IMG/VR virus record: IMGVR_UViG_3300044627_004557
Span: 1 to 61,797 of that record
Origin: a virus
Taxonomy: Duplodnaviria; Caudoviricetes
Length of the DNA: 61,797 nucleotides
Reading direction: 5' to 3' (one strand)
Part shown: piece after piece, positions 44,387 through 56,200 of the stretch
Layout of the letters: every line of letters starts with the position of its first letter
How positions within the stretch are numbered: the stretch's first letter is position 1
Made by a program: the position numbers and the translations under genes
The notes under the pieces: model-generated
What the model saw: the letters and a program-made list of their open reading frames with translations, nothing else
Database searches by the model: none
Told to the model about the DNA's origin: nothing

Positions 44387-45127
44387 ATGACGACAGCAGA
44401 ACTAAGCTCAAGATTTGATTTGATTTGCGATAAGGTGGGTTCTCCCTACTTTACTGCGACAGAAAAAGCCGATTTCTTCAATACGGCTCAACTGAGCATT
44501 ATTGACGAAATTATCTTCCCGACCAAGAAGCAAGATCGCAAGGATGTCGACATTTTTGACTTCAGCCGGGAAGACGCTTTTCAACAAGGCATTGGCACTT
44601 TAGTAAGGACTGCCACGGTTACAGGCATTGCATCTGGAACCACAAACATTACCTTTACCCAAATAAACACCGCCTTGGTGTCGGGTACGGTATACAAAGT
44701 CATAGACTTCCTCGTACAGGCATCCACAGGCTCTACAACGACTTACAACAGCGCTAAGAGGGTTAGGACTATCAATTCAGCGTCAAGGGTTTATGGGAAC
44801 CTTAGGACGTTTAATTCTTTCACAAACAACACGGGTAGGTCTGCGATTTACACCATTTCTTCTTTTGCGTCTGGGACAACTGGAACGACAAGCCAGGGAA
44901 GGATTGAGTTCTTCCCTGCAGCTCCTGTATCTGGGAGTTCCTACCTGGTTGAGGTGGTTGTATTCCCAAGACCCATTAGCCTTACAACCGGCAGCGTGGT
45001 GAACCCAGAGATTGACGCTATGTTCCACAACGAACTTCTGTTCCGGTCTCTTCAACTTGCCGGTATATCGATAAGGGAAAAGGAACTTTACGATGGCACT
45101 AACCTAGAACAAGCCAAAGAGCAATGA
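44387..45127 (+). CDS. Tail ring/adaptor protein
   Basis: FDLICDK..SPYF...EK.DFFN.AQ and EIDAMFHNELL..LQLAGISIRE, typical of the podovirus ring-protein position. Confidence 0.6.
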   Translation: MTTAELSSRFDLICDKVGSPYFTATEKADFFNTAQLSIIDEIIFPTKKQDRKDVDIFDFSREDAFQQGIGTLVRTATVTGIASGTTNITFTQINTALVSGTVYKVIDFLVQASTGSTTTYNSAKRVRTINSASRVYGNLRTFNSFTNNTGRSAIYTISSFASGTTGTTSQGRIEFFPAAPVSGSSYLVEVVVFPRPISLTTGSVVNPEIDAMFHNELLFRSLQLAGISIREKELYDGTNLEQAKEQ

Positions 45128-45819
45128 TTAATACCGTAACAATCGATCAGGTCATCAGCAACGCGATGATTGCCTTGGGCATGGAGAATGACCGCTACAG
45201 GGTCATCTTCTACGAATGGGCTTTCCAGGGTCTGCGGGATATCGGCTTGACGACTATAAGCCTCACGACATCGACTGGAACCATCACAACGGGCAATACC
45301 TTTTCTATACCGACGAACTGCGTTTACATTGACTCTATTGCCGTCAAGAACAGTACAGCAGGAAATGTGGCTTACCCCATGTTTGACTCCAACTATTGGT
45401 CTTCGGTTCCGGATGACGACCAAACGACTTACGACAAGGACTATGTGGTAAGCAAGCAGGGTTCGGACCTCGTGTTTAGCACGACGATTCGTGGCAACTC
45501 CTACGACCAGGTGATCATCCGGTACTACGGTATGCCTGTGGATTCCAACAATATACCGTTGATTCCGGAGTATTACTTGAGGGCTATTGTCGCTTACATT
45601 GAATACATGTTCGTGAAGAGAGAGCGTTACCGCAAGCGGAACGAGATTCCAATGAGCGAGATTCAGACTTTGTACCAACAATGGGTAACCTTGAAGGCAG
45701 ACGCTATGTCTAAGCGCAATCAGCCTCAGAAGCCTGAGATTGAAGCAGCTATTGCTACTTGGCTCACGATGCTACCAAACCAAAAGAGATTGATGCGCAC
45801 CCCCAAAACGCCTAATTAA
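45124..45819 (+). CDS. Tail tubular/ring protein
   Basis: EWAFQGLRDIG, IRYYGMPVDSNNIPLIP..AIVAYI. Confidence 0.65.
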   Translation: MINTVTIDQVISNAMIALGMENDRYRVIFYEWAFQGLRDIGLTTISLTTSTGTITTGNTFSIPTNCVYIDSIAVKNSTAGNVAYPMFDSNYWSSVPDDDQTTYDKDYVVSKQGSDLVFSTTIRGNSYDQVIIRYYGMPVDSNNIPLIPEYYLRAIVAYIEYMFVKRERYRKRNEIPMSEIQTLYQQWVTLKADAMSKRNQPQKPEIEAAIATWLTMLPNQKRLMRTPKTPN

Positions 45820-48800
45820 TGGAGATTAAAAAGGAAGGACAAGCCTTTTTTAAAGGGATGAACAAAGACTTCTCTCCGGCCTATCAACCGGAGGGGACTT
45901 ACCGTAATGCGCTTAATATGGAGCTCACGGGTGCCGGCGAGCAGATGATCATCAACCAGATTAGGTCTTCAGGGCTTTTAAGAACTCAAGATATTGCAAC
46001 GGGGTTTCCTGTTGAAAACATCAATATCCTTGGCTACACCGTTGCTAAAGCAGAAATCGGCGGAGTTGCAAGAGATGGGTTTGTTGTTTATTCGTATGTT
46101 GACGAAAACGGAGGGTCAAGCGTAAGAAATTGGATTCACTTTTTTGCTCAAGATTCAATATACGCTAATGTAGGTGTTTACGAAATATGCTCGGACTCTG
46201 GATTGAACTTTTCTCCAACAGGCAGTATTGACTCTTTCTTTACTGAAGATAGGGAAAACAAGTCGGTTTACTTTACGGATTTTACCAATACGATTCGAAA
46301 GATTGATATGGACAATTCGTCGTGGCCATATACATCTGCTTCCTCTTTAAACCTTATATCAAAGGCAAGCACGGCTATGAGTTTGTCAATAACATCTATT
46401 GGCAACAATGGCGCCTTGCTTGCCGGAACATATCAATTCGCTTACAGATTAAAGGAAACGACGACGCTTGAAACAACAAAGTGGTCAACGTTTACCAATC
46501 CGGTTCCTGCCATACCTCTTGCTTACACAAGTGGAACTACCGTCAATTACTATGGCGGAGCAGTTGGTCAACAGACAACCAGGTCAATTAATTTTTCCAT
46601 ACCGATAGGGGTTGGAGAATCGGCTTCCAATTACGACAAAATAGAAATAGCTGTCGTCAAAAACAACGATGGCACATACATTAGGCAGTTGGTTGGGTAT
46701 GTGAGCGAAATAAGCAATTCGGTTACAGGTAGTACCGGAACAGTTACTGGCACCTACAAGGGGACCGAGTCGGAATATGAATTAGATATTGACGAAATTA
46801 CGGCTCCCGATGCTCCAGTAGAAACCGTTAAGACAATTGTTGAGAAAGACAATCGGCTTTTGGCTGGCAACATAAAATACTTTGATAGACGAATACCAGA
46901 CGGTAACCCTCAAATTATAGAGGCAAGGACGATTAGGAGGATGATTGATTACGAGGACCCCATTAATACCAATAAGTACCGAGGTTATTTTAGGGATGAA
47001 GTTTACCGATTTGGGATAACATACCATGATGAATACGGAAACTGGTCTCCTGTCAAGCCTATTGATTTTTCTTCATTCACGAAGAGCGTACCTAAAACTA
47101 CAAACGCGACAACTGGAACGATCACCACTGGAGGTGTAGACTACAATAAAAACACAATAGAAATAAATAGGCTGACAAACTGGCCGACTGGAGTTACTGG
47201 ATACGCTCAAGGAGAGTCGGTATCGTGCACTATGACGATAAGTGGAACGACGCTTAGTTTTGAATCAGACATTGTTTCTGTATCAACAACTAGACTTATC
47301 ATTCTTTGTCCGGCAAGTATTTTGGCTCCATACCCAAATTTTCCTTCAACATCTGGGACAGCAAGCGTCTTGCCATTAAAAGGAAATGCATACAACCATT
47401 CCTCAGACCCATTCTCCTGGAAATTCCCAAAGAGAGAATATCTTGGAACAATCGCTACATCAACAACCGGGACCTTTGGGACAAACGAATTTGGAAATTA
47501 TTCTTTGTTGGCATCTGTCGTTGATGGAGTCAGCTTGCCTCAAGCATTGGGGCTTGGAATTGACGTTTCAGGACATCCATCGTGGGCGAAAGGTATGGCT
47601 ATTGTTAGGATGGATCGAGATAGAGATATTGTTTATCAAACTCCCATTGTTCCGGCATCAATGTATGTTGGAGTAACAACGCCCGGCAGAGATCCCAATG
47701 GTACTTCAAACGACTACACCGTAACCAATGGAGTTGGAGAACTTGACTATTTGGGACCAAAGTCTTTAAAAATGGGCGCGGCAAGAAGCATGGAGTTCTT
47801 GTCTGTGTTTGGAGGTCCATCATACCAGCTTCCTGCGTACAAGAGTATAAACAGCATTCCTGAGAACAGAATGATGTGGAAGAAGTGTTTTGCCCCATCA
47901 GTTGACTACGTCTACAACTCCGAGGGGACACCATTGATACCAACTCCAGAGCTAATATCATTGAATTTAGACATTGTTGATGTTTGTGGATTTACATTGT
48001 CGTCCCTAACTCCAACGACAACTACGTCAACCGTTACATCTGGAGGAATGTCTATATCGTATCCAACCGGATACGTTGAGGCAAGGGTTTATTCTTGTTT
48101 GGACCACAGATTGCATTGGTACCCGAACAATTATATCAATATGCGTACGCAAAGTTCAGCCGGCACCGGAGGAGACTATGTTGATACGTACAACAGAAAA
48201 ATACAAGAGTCGTTTCTTCAAGTAAATGGGATACAGACTGCATCATACATTGGTCAGCAAAAATACGCGGATGTAACCGGAAGCCTTGCAAGTACGGGAT
48301 TGCCTTTTGCGTATTACACAAGAACAATGATGAACCTAAGCTCTTTGTCAACAACAGAGCTGATTATACCAATAACAAAGGGGCAATCAAAAATACTTTT
48401 GAGGTCATCAGAGCAAGCCTCTTCTCCTGGGTCAACAATTACTGCGGCAAGAAGCATCGTCAATTATCTATTAGCCGGAACTGATTTGACAAGTCAGCAA
48501 AGAAACGCGTCTATTGACATGTCCTCTACAAATACCTCCCTTTGGAATTCTAATATTGAGGCGCAAAGATCTTTGGCGATTTCAATGAATCAATTCCTTG
48601 ACGACCCGCTATATCTAATTACGGCCAATTACTGCCCATTGAGCGCGGGACAATTTGGGTATATTCCAAGAGACACGACTAATACTGGAAGAGTTAATAC
48701 TTTTGCGAGCGTTGCTTTTTCTCAGTACTTAAACCCGTACAACCCAACAGGCGGAACAAAGCAACTCAGAAATGGACTTATCTATGGAAATCCATTAATG

Positions 48801-50639
48801 AATGTAACTTGGCTTGGGTCTCAACTTCCTGGATTCAACGTCAATGCAATACCGTCCTATCCAACAATTGTTTCCGGTAAAGCCGCGGCTCCAGTAGAAA
48901 ATGTTGATTGTGGCGTAGAGTTTTCTTATGTTGGCGGAGATACACCTTTTAACCAATACTCAAGCCCTTCAACGGACATTCAGCAGGCGCTGTATGTTGC
49001 CAACATAAGAGAAGGTAAGCAGGATTCAAGGTATGGCGACCCAAACCGAATACAAGAATATTTCCACACGGGAGCATATTCGGCGATTACTGGAACCAGT
49101 CAAAGGGTTGTTCTTGAGGTGTGGGGAGGCGACTGCTTTATATCAAAGTATCGTTATAAGGTTAACGATGAGTACAATGTGCCTTCGTATTATGTACCAA
49201 CATCAAGTGGAACATACGGACTTTTTGCCGATGTTCAAGGCAACTGCAATTCAACGAGCACAAAAGTATTTAAGACTGGAACAAAAACAAGTCCCGAATA
49301 CATTGAAATGTACACGGAAGGAGAGGCCAATGCTTTTTACAATTCAGACAGAGATCGCTTCCCCTACTACAACCTAACCGGCGCTACGGCTGGAACTGTT
49401 GGTCATTACCAAGCCGACGCGTTCTACAACTACAATTTTGGGTATTCTATTGAGAACTTGCCTAAATCGTTCTTCTCGGAAAACAGGCTTGTTCAAATCT
49501 CTAACAACTACCCTGCAAGGCTTATTTATTCGGATGCTCGATCGGCTGATTTGGGGGTTGATGGGTTTTCAAGATTTAGGGCTCCGAATTATTTTGACAT
49601 GGACGAGCGCTATGGCAAAGTCACCAAGATTGCTCTCCTTAACGACGGAGAGCCCATCATTGGTCAGGACGACGCTATATCTCTTTTGTATGTGAATAAG
49701 TCGCTAACGACACTTCAAGACAATGAGGTGTTAACCGTGCAGGGCGGAACTTACATTAGCGAAAATTCTCCCCCCAAAACGATAACATCAAATTATGGGG
49801 TAGAACTTATTCGCTGCATGATTCCGACAGAGAATGGGGTTTATGTATTAGACACGAAAAGAGGCGCCCTGGTCAACATCTCCGATGGAGCCAAGATTGT
49901 TTCGCTTGCTAGGATGGAAGAAGAGTTTAGGACTAAGTTTTCAAAGACGAATGTTCCATGGCTTGAGAATTCTATAACCCTGTCTTACGACCGCGTTGAC
50001 AAGAACTTGTACATTATTGGGTTTTTGAGAAACAACGATAATCCGTACGATAACCAAGACGTCAATGTATGGATGACTTACAATGCCAAGCTAGACGCTT
50101 TTGTATCTAACCTGGACTGGACTGTTCAGGGTCAAGGGCATGGCGGCAAATACGGCAACAGGCCGCTGTACATCTTTGACTTGAACGGGAGCACCTATAT
50201 GATCCAATCACATAGCGGTAACCAGGCCCATGATACGGTTGACTTGCATATTAATCAATGGAAAGGAGGGAACGACTACCTAAGCCTTCTTACCGGAAAC
50301 CACATAAGAGCGGTTAATGCGGAGATTGAGTATGTCTTCAACAAAGACATCAATGAACCAAAAGTGCTAGACATTGTTGGTATTAATAGTCAGTCTCTTT
50401 TCAGTCAATACAATGTCACGGCTTATAACGACACATCAACATTGGCATCCGATACAACCGGAAACCAAACAAGCAATATCGTTAGTCGTCTTGGTATGGC
50501 TACGGCAAACATCATTCGTAACGCATCCGAGAAGAGGCTTGTCGGATCTTACCACACCATAAGGCTGCTCTTCAGTAATACTACTAGTGCAATAAACCTT
50601 CGGTCAGCAGTTAATCAATTCAGAAAGGTCTTCAGATAA
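45819..50639 (+). CDS. Tail stabilization/nozzle (muzzle) protein
   Basis: FFKGMNKD...QPEGTYRNALN, VYFTD, GTYQFAYRL, NRLLAGN, FRDEVYRFGI..G.WSPV, GGDCFIS; 1606 aa. Confidence 0.8.
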   Translation: MEIKKEGQAFFKGMNKDFSPAYQPEGTYRNALNMELTGAGEQMIINQIRSSGLLRTQDIATGFPVENINILGYTVAKAEIGGVARDGFVVYSYVDENGGSSVRNWIHFFAQDSIYANVGVYEICSDSGLNFSPTGSIDSFFTEDRENKSVYFTDFTNTIRKIDMDNSSWPYTSASSLNLISKASTAMSLSITSIGNNGALLAGTYQFAYRLKETTTLETTKWSTFTNPVPAIPLAYTSGTTVNYYGGAVGQQTTRSINFSIPIGVGESASNYDKIEIAVVKNNDGTYIRQLVGYVSEISNSVTGSTGTVTGTYKGTESEYELDIDEITAPDAPVETVKTIVEKDNRLLAGNIKYFDRRIPDGNPQIIEARTIRRMIDYEDPINTNKYRGYFRDEVYRFGITYHDEYGNWSPVKPIDFSSFTKSVPKTTNATTGTITTGGVDYNKNTIEINRLTNWPTGVTGYAQGESVSCTMTISGTTLSFESDIVSVSTTRLIILCPASILAPYPNFPSTSGTASVLPLKGNAYNHSSDPFSWKFPKREYLGTIATSTTGTFGTNEFGNYSLLASVVDGVSLPQALGLGIDVSGHPSWAKGMAIVRMDRDRDIVYQTPIVPASMYVGVTTPGRDPNGTSNDYTVTNGVGELDYLGPKSLKMGAARSMEFLSVFGGPSYQLPAYKSINSIPENRMMWKKCFAPSVDYVYNSEGTPLIPTPELISLNLDIVDVCGFTLSSLTPTTTTSTVTSGGMSISYPTGYVEARVYSCLDHRLHWYPNNYINMRTQSSAGTGGDYVDTYNRKIQESFLQVNGIQTASYIGQQKYADVTGSLASTGLPFAYYTRTMMNLSSLSTTELIIPITKGQSKILLRSSEQASSPGSTITAARSIVNYLLAGTDLTSQQRNASIDMSSTNTSLWNSNIEAQRSLAISMNQFLDDPLYLITANYCPLSAGQFGYIPRDTTNTGRVNTFASVAFSQYLNPYNPTGGTKQLRNGLIYGNPLMNVTWLGSQLPGFNVNAIPSYPTIVSGKAAAPVENVDCGVEFSYVGGDTPFNQYSSPSTDIQQALYVANIREGKQDSRYGDPNRIQEYFHTGAYSAITGTSQRVVLEVWGGDCFISKYRYKVNDEYNVPSYYVPTSSGTYGLFADVQGNCNSTSTKVFKTGTKTSPEYIEMYTEGEANAFYNSDRDRFPYYNLTGATAGTVGHYQADAFYNYNFGYSIENLPKSFFSENRLVQISNNYPARLIYSDARSADLGVDGFSRFRAPNYFDMDERYGKVTKIALLNDGEPIIGQDDAISLLYVNKSLTTLQDNEVLTVQGGTYISENSPPKTITSNYGVELIRCMIPTENGVYVLDTKRGALVNISDGAKIVSLARMEEEFRTKFSKTNVPWLENSITLSYDRVDKNLYIIGFLRNNDNPYDNQDVNVWMTYNAKLDAFVSNLDWTVQGQGHGGKYGNRPLYIFDLNGSTYMIQSHSGNQAHDTVDLHINQWKGGNDYLSLLTGNHIRAVNAEIEYVFNKDINEPKVLDIVGINSQSLFSQYNVTAYNDTSTLASDTTGNQTSNIVSRLGMATANIIRNASEKRLVGSYHTIRLLFSNTTSAINLRSAVNQFRKVFR

Positions 50640-51088
50640 TGGATCCAAGTTTATACAACCCTGTTATGATGCCAAGCCGGACAGACTATGTCCGAGAGAT
50701 GGGAGACAGAGCCAAAGAAGAACAACGGGCCAAGGCATCTCCATGGACCACGGCTATTGGCACCGGATTGGGAGCTATTGCTGGGTCTTTGTTAGCTCCT
50801 GGTGCAGGAACAGCGGCTGGGGCTAAACTTGGAGCTACCCTTGGGGCCAGCATTGGGGGGGCTTTTGGTGGAGCGGCGTCAGGGCTGTTCGGAGGTGGAG
50901 CTGCAAGGGAAGCTGAACAGAATGCCGAAGAGAGTTACGATGCGATGTACGCCAGCGAAATGGCCGATAGAAATAGGGCTATTTCTGACGCTATGGCGCA
51001 AGTAAGGCAAGATGCTTACCTTAACGAAATCCAAAATATGCGGAAAAATGTTATGCCTAATAGGGCTGAATACCTTAAATTTGTATAA
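50639..51088 (+). CDS. Probable ejection (cargo) protein with glycine-zipper membrane segment
   Basis: IGTGLGAIAGSLLAPGAGTAAGAKLGATLGASIGGAFGG. Confidence 0.6.
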   Translation: MDPSLYNPVMMPSRTDYVREMGDRAKEEQRAKASPWTTAIGTGLGAIAGSLLAPGAGTAAGAKLGATLGASIGGAFGGAASGLFGGGAAREAEQNAEESYDAMYASEMADRNRAISDAMAQVRQDAYLNEIQNMRKNVMPNRAEYLKFV

Positions 51089-51090
51089 AG

Positions 51091-51972
51091 ATGAGCTACG
51101 ATCAATTATTAGCACAAAGCTTAAAGTCAAGAATGGGTGTAAATCCATTGTTTTCGGTTGGGGCTCCGATAGCAGGAAATATTCTTTCGGCATTGGTGTC
51201 CAATAGGGCTCGCAGGAGAGCCCAAGAGCAACTCAATTCGTTGCAAGCCCCTACTTTGCCTCAATTTAGGGCAAATCCAATTTTGTCGCAAAGAATAGCT
51301 CAACAGCAACAATTGGTTGACCAGCCAAGAATGGGTTACCAAAGGATGGCCGATGAGCAAGCAGGAAGGCAGTTTGAACGTGGCAGACAGATTGCCGCGA
51401 ACTTGGGTGGTGGTGCCGGATTGGCCTACATGCAGGGCATCAGTTCAAACATTGCAGATCAACAACGCAAAGGTCTCCTTAATGACGCGATTATGCAGCA
51501 AAAGAACAGATCCGAACTGGATCAGTTGGTCAACATGCGTAATCAAGAGTTAGCCCAAGAAAGAGATCAAAATTTGAGGGTCTATCAACTCGCTATGGAA
51601 GATTTCGTGAATCAAAGAGCTGGATTGCAAGGAGACGTCAGTCAACAGCGCTCTAATATTGGGGCATCACTTGGCGCAATACTCGGAGATATTCCGAATT
51701 ACATGACTTCAATTAACAATTATAAGTCATGGAAGAAAATGTCGGAGAAAGAAAAAAGCGACGCAGTTGCGATGGCTGAAGAGGCCGAGCGAAATGCATT
51801 ATCAACTCCCGATAGCTCAGGGTATTCCTATGTACCCGAGATGATGGGAGGGTTTGGAGTACCAATGGGAGGAGAGTTTTACTATTCCAGATTATTTCCA
51901 GACTATATGTATGGATCTCCAGAGAGGGTCCCCGTATTCGGGCCTAGAATGCCTTCGCGTATAAAAAGATAA
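51091..51972 (+). CDS. Probable ejection (cargo) protein
   Basis: Q/A-rich helical sequence with hydrophobic Gly segments at both ends; position after the tail genes. Confidence 0.6.
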   Translation: MSYDQLLAQSLKSRMGVNPLFSVGAPIAGNILSALVSNRARRRAQEQLNSLQAPTLPQFRANPILSQRIAQQQQLVDQPRMGYQRMADEQAGRQFERGRQIAANLGGGAGLAYMQGISSNIADQQRKGLLNDAIMQQKNRSELDQLVNMRNQELAQERDQNLRVYQLAMEDFVNQRAGLQGDVSQQRSNIGASLGAILGDIPNYMTSINNYKSWKKMSEKEKSDAVAMAEEAERNALSTPDSSGYSYVPEMMGGFGVPMGGEFYYSRLFPDYMYGSPERVPVFGPRMPSRIKR

Positions 51973-52005
51973 TGACGCCAATAATAGATAAAAAAACAAA
52001 GGTAT

Positions 52006-53247
52006 ATGCCTGTTGAATTAACCCCAAATAACTCTCGGCAAACCGCTGGGTTTGGATTTCAAGTGCCTGTGTTTAGAATGAACCAGGGCGTCAATGCTGC
52101 TACGGCAAACCCACTTTCTCGTGGTGCTATGCAGCAACCTATGGACATGGTTTCCGAGTCGCAATTTGGTCTAGACCCCAATGTGATGGCAACGGCCGAA
52201 GATGCCGTAAGACAGCAGTTTTACGCAGGCATTGATGAATTGAACCAATTTGTCAACAAGGCGGCTCAACTTGGTATTGACCCAAGTAAAGTTGACATGA
52301 CGTCGCCTGAAAGTTTTACATTGAACCAAGAATTCCGAAAGATGACTCAGTCGCTTCAGCAAAAAGCTAGGGACATTCAATCGGGTGCCGCCCAAAAGGT
52401 CTATGCGCAAAATCAACAGGCTGAACAAAGAAGGATTCAGGACCAAAAAATGCAGGAGGATCTTTACAATATGCAAATTGGTGGTCTAAAAGAACAACAG
52501 GAAGATCGTAAGCGTAAAAAACTTGAGGGAAACATCCGGGCAGATTTGGGCGGGGATATCTTTGAAAAAACAAGAGATTATATTTTGTCTCAATCAAATC
52601 AAGGAATTGATCGAGGAGATAAGGCCGGCTTGAACGAATTAAAGACAGTCACTAGGACTCAGTTAGAAAAGGCAAAAAAGGTGTCCCAAAAATACATAGA
52701 CGACCCGGATGCCTTACAATACATTTCTCCGCTTATTGAATTCTATGAAGGCGTATTAAGCGGTGAAAGAATAATTCTTAACACTAAACAACCAACCGGA
52801 ACAACAGCTCCTCTAACAATCCCTACTGGAGATGCAATGTTATCAGCCCCTACTCAAATGGAAGGGCTAGCGAATCCTGTTGTTGGGGTAAATGGCGAAG
52901 TGTTAATCGGCAAGCCAACTATTAACGAGGTAAGAACCTACCCATATTATTTAAAGGACGGGAAGAAAGTGCCTATTTTAACACCAGAAGATGCTGTTGG
53001 AAAGAAGGTTGTCGGCAGAGCTCCAGTTGGTGTTGGTTGGGTTGAGAATAAGGTGCAGGCAACAGTTGGTCAAAGAGGTGCGACAGGTCAGGTGTTAGAA
53101 ACAGAGGCATATGTCGTTCTTGAGGAGAATAGGGCTAGGCAACTACTTCTTAGCAAAGGAGCAAATTTGGCTCCTACTAAAAGGCAAGTCCAAAAAGGAA
53201 CTGCAGTAGATGAACTAATCAAGAGGTCTTCTAGTAAAATAAAATAA
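52006..53247 (+). CDS. Probable ejection (cargo) protein
   Basis: Q-rich helical sequence; position. Confidence 0.55.
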   Translation: MPVELTPNNSRQTAGFGFQVPVFRMNQGVNAATANPLSRGAMQQPMDMVSESQFGLDPNVMATAEDAVRQQFYAGIDELNQFVNKAAQLGIDPSKVDMTSPESFTLNQEFRKMTQSLQQKARDIQSGAAQKVYAQNQQAEQRRIQDQKMQEDLYNMQIGGLKEQQEDRKRKKLEGNIRADLGGDIFEKTRDYILSQSNQGIDRGDKAGLNELKTVTRTQLEKAKKVSQKYIDDPDALQYISPLIEFYEGVLSGERIILNTKQPTGTTAPLTIPTGDAMLSAPTQMEGLANPVVGVNGEVLIGKPTINEVRTYPYYLKDGKKVPILTPEDAVGKKVVGRAPVGVGWVENKVQATVGQRGATGQVLETEAYVVLEENRARQLLLSKGANLAPTKRQVQKGTAVDELIKRSSSKIK

Positions 53248-53248
53248 G

Positions 53249-56200
53249 GTGCCAAAAATAAAATACAAAGAACTCGCTGCTGCATTACGGCAGGATTTTG
53301 GAAATGATGTCGCTAATTTGGATGACTTAACGCTAGCCCAAAACTGGGTTAATGACAACCCGGATAAAGCAGACCTAATAGAGTTTAATGTAGAATCTCC
53401 TCCGACAAAAAGGACAGGAAATTTAATGGAGGACTTAAAGTCTGCTCCTCCATTGCCAAGGACAAAAGTTGCTTTTCAGCGAGAAAGAGGCGGAGTTGAA
53501 GTTCCGTTTATTCCTCAGCAGTTTGGTTTTCAAGGAGGTGAAATGGTTCAACCGGCAAGACCCGAAATTGATGAGTCAAGTTTAGAGAGTCCGTTTGTTC
53601 AGGTTGACAGCGAGCCAGTTATTGGGAGAGGAACGGAAATACTTCCAACAAAGTTCTCAAATACAATAGAGGGAAGAAATATACTTGATTTCACGGCAGG
53701 GAAAAAGGATCCAAAATCAATTGAGGATTACTACAAAAATATAGCCAAAGAAGGAGCTGTTGGCTCCGAGTCCGATTTTGGCGAAGAGATGAGGCTAGCA
53801 AATACGATACGTGTTAGCGAAGCATTTGCTGCTGATGACTATAATGAGAATTATCCGGACGCTCCTCTTTCTTTTGATGGCATAAAAGCCTCTTTATCAA
53901 ACCCCGAGTTTGCAAATGAAAGAAACGCTGCTATTGACAATATCAATTCCACAATTAGCAAGGCCAATTGGTACGGCGCTATGGATCTTCAAGATGAGTA
54001 CAACCAATACGCTGAACTTGCTAATCAGTTGCAGGCTGATTTTGACGCAAAATTTGGCGACTTTGAAAGAAGTTATGCAGGCTACGAGCAGTCTGTTAAA
54101 AAGTATGGAATACCAGAGGCGCAAGGGCGATTAGTAGAAATTAATGAAAGAGTTCTACAGCAGGCAAAAGAGCTGGATGAAACTAACTTCTTCGGGAAAG
54201 CATCCTTAGCTGCTTCAAGGTTTATTAGTGGTGGCGGATACTTACTTTCCGATTTTGCCGGAGCACTAGGCGCAACAGATATTGCGGACAAAATGAAGTC
54301 ATCCTTGATGGATAGTCAGTTGGCAACCAAGGATCCGCGACTTGCGCTTTTTAAGGCTCCCTATGACCCAAAGACCGGTCAATTCGTTGAAGGAGGGTTG
54401 TTGTCTGCAAACACTTTAGGCTTTGTATTTGAGCAAGGATTAAATATGATTCCGTCTATTGTTGCTGCTGCAACACCTTACGGTAGGCTTGGTCAATTAG
54501 CGGTTGGAGCAATTGGAACAGCGGCACTTACTTATGATGAATATTCTGCGGAAATAGATCAGGCTGCGTTGCAGGCTGGCGCAAAGATAGACCCACAGAC
54601 AAGGGCTATCCTTTCTGCGGTTGGAGCCGCAAAGACTGGCCTTATTGAGAACGCCATTCCGATAAACAGGTTTTTCAAAAACGGAATGAGTAAAGCGTTT
54701 TCTGAAAATGCCGTGAAAGCATTAGCATCCGGGAAAAGTCTTGATTTCGCGATAAAGGCCGGTACTCAAGGCATAAAGGCGTTTGGGTTAACATCAGGAG
54801 TTGAGGTAGCAGAAGAGCTATTAGACCAGGGCGTTCAAGAGTCCATTAATGCATCCATCACGAATCAGTTCCCTGAATTAAAAGGACAACCCCAATTTGA
54901 AGAGAAGAGCCTTGAGGATTATGCTGGTATAGCCGTAAATACGCTTGTTGCCGTGGCTCCATTGGGGGGTGTGGGCTTTGCTTATTCGGGATCAAGGCTT
55001 AAAGAAGACTTGTTCCATAATGTGGCAAGAAATAACAAGGTTGAAGTGACTCTTAATCTGTTTGAGCAAAACAAGGATAAGTTCAAAGACTCTCAGTACA
55101 AAAAGAATGTTGATAGGCTTTCCTTGATTGGCAACATATACAGTCAAATACCGGAAGACATTGATGATGTTTCTGCCAGGAAGATTGCCGATAAAATGCT
55201 TGAAATTGAGTCAATCAATTCAAAGATGGACAAGAATACGCCTCAAGCAATACGCGAAAGGAATACTGCCAAGATAGACAAAATAAATCAAGAAATCTCG
55301 TCTATATTTAGCGAGGCAGAAATGTCTCGTCCAGCAGTCACAGAAGCTCCTGAAGAAGCCTTTCCGACTATTGAGCTACAGATACCGGAATCAGACCAAA
55401 ATGTCTTAAACGCCGTTTCTGAAAGGATTGAGCCCATCATTGCTCCCTTAGCACAACGAATGACCAATGCCGAAGAAATTGATATGGCTGAGATTGAGGC
55501 TGTAGCCGAACAGATGATTGACGAACAAAGCCGTATCTTAGAGTCCGAAAGTCTTTCTGAAACAGAAAGGCAAAACCTTTCCGATTTAATTGAGTCACAA
55601 ATTGACAATTTACTAAACTATGAATTCGCAACAACTACTATTACTGAACAAGCTGGACAAGGAATCGAGGTTAAAGGTGTTGTCAGAGCTGCTAAACCAG
55701 GGCTACCGCAAAAAATCTCGGCAGAAAGATTCCACGGAGCAACAATCACAGACCCCAAAACAGGAGAGAAACGAATTGTTGTCCTCAGAAGAGTCCCAAT
55801 CACCCAATCAAGAAGCGGTCTAGTATATCAATTAGCTCCAAAGTCTTTTAGCGGTAAGTTACTTTCTTCTCCAGAAAGTCAACAAGTCGTTTCGGAAGAA
55901 GAATCAAAAAGCACTCCGTTTTCGAATATGGAGTATGTGTCTTCGGTCTTTGACGATGCGGGAAGGTTTATGGGCGTCATATTGCGTGACGCAAATACCG
56001 GCGAAGAGATACAACTTGACAACGCTTTCGCCCCCGGGGCAAAGTCTACTCAGGGTGAAACAATGGGCTGGAATGATTTAGCGTTGGATATTGCTATTGC
56101 AGAATCTCAAAGGCAAATAGGCACAGTACCTGAAGGTGCTTTCATACGAACGATACAGCGCGTTGTTCCTGTGGAACAAGTGAAAAAGATTTTCCCTAAT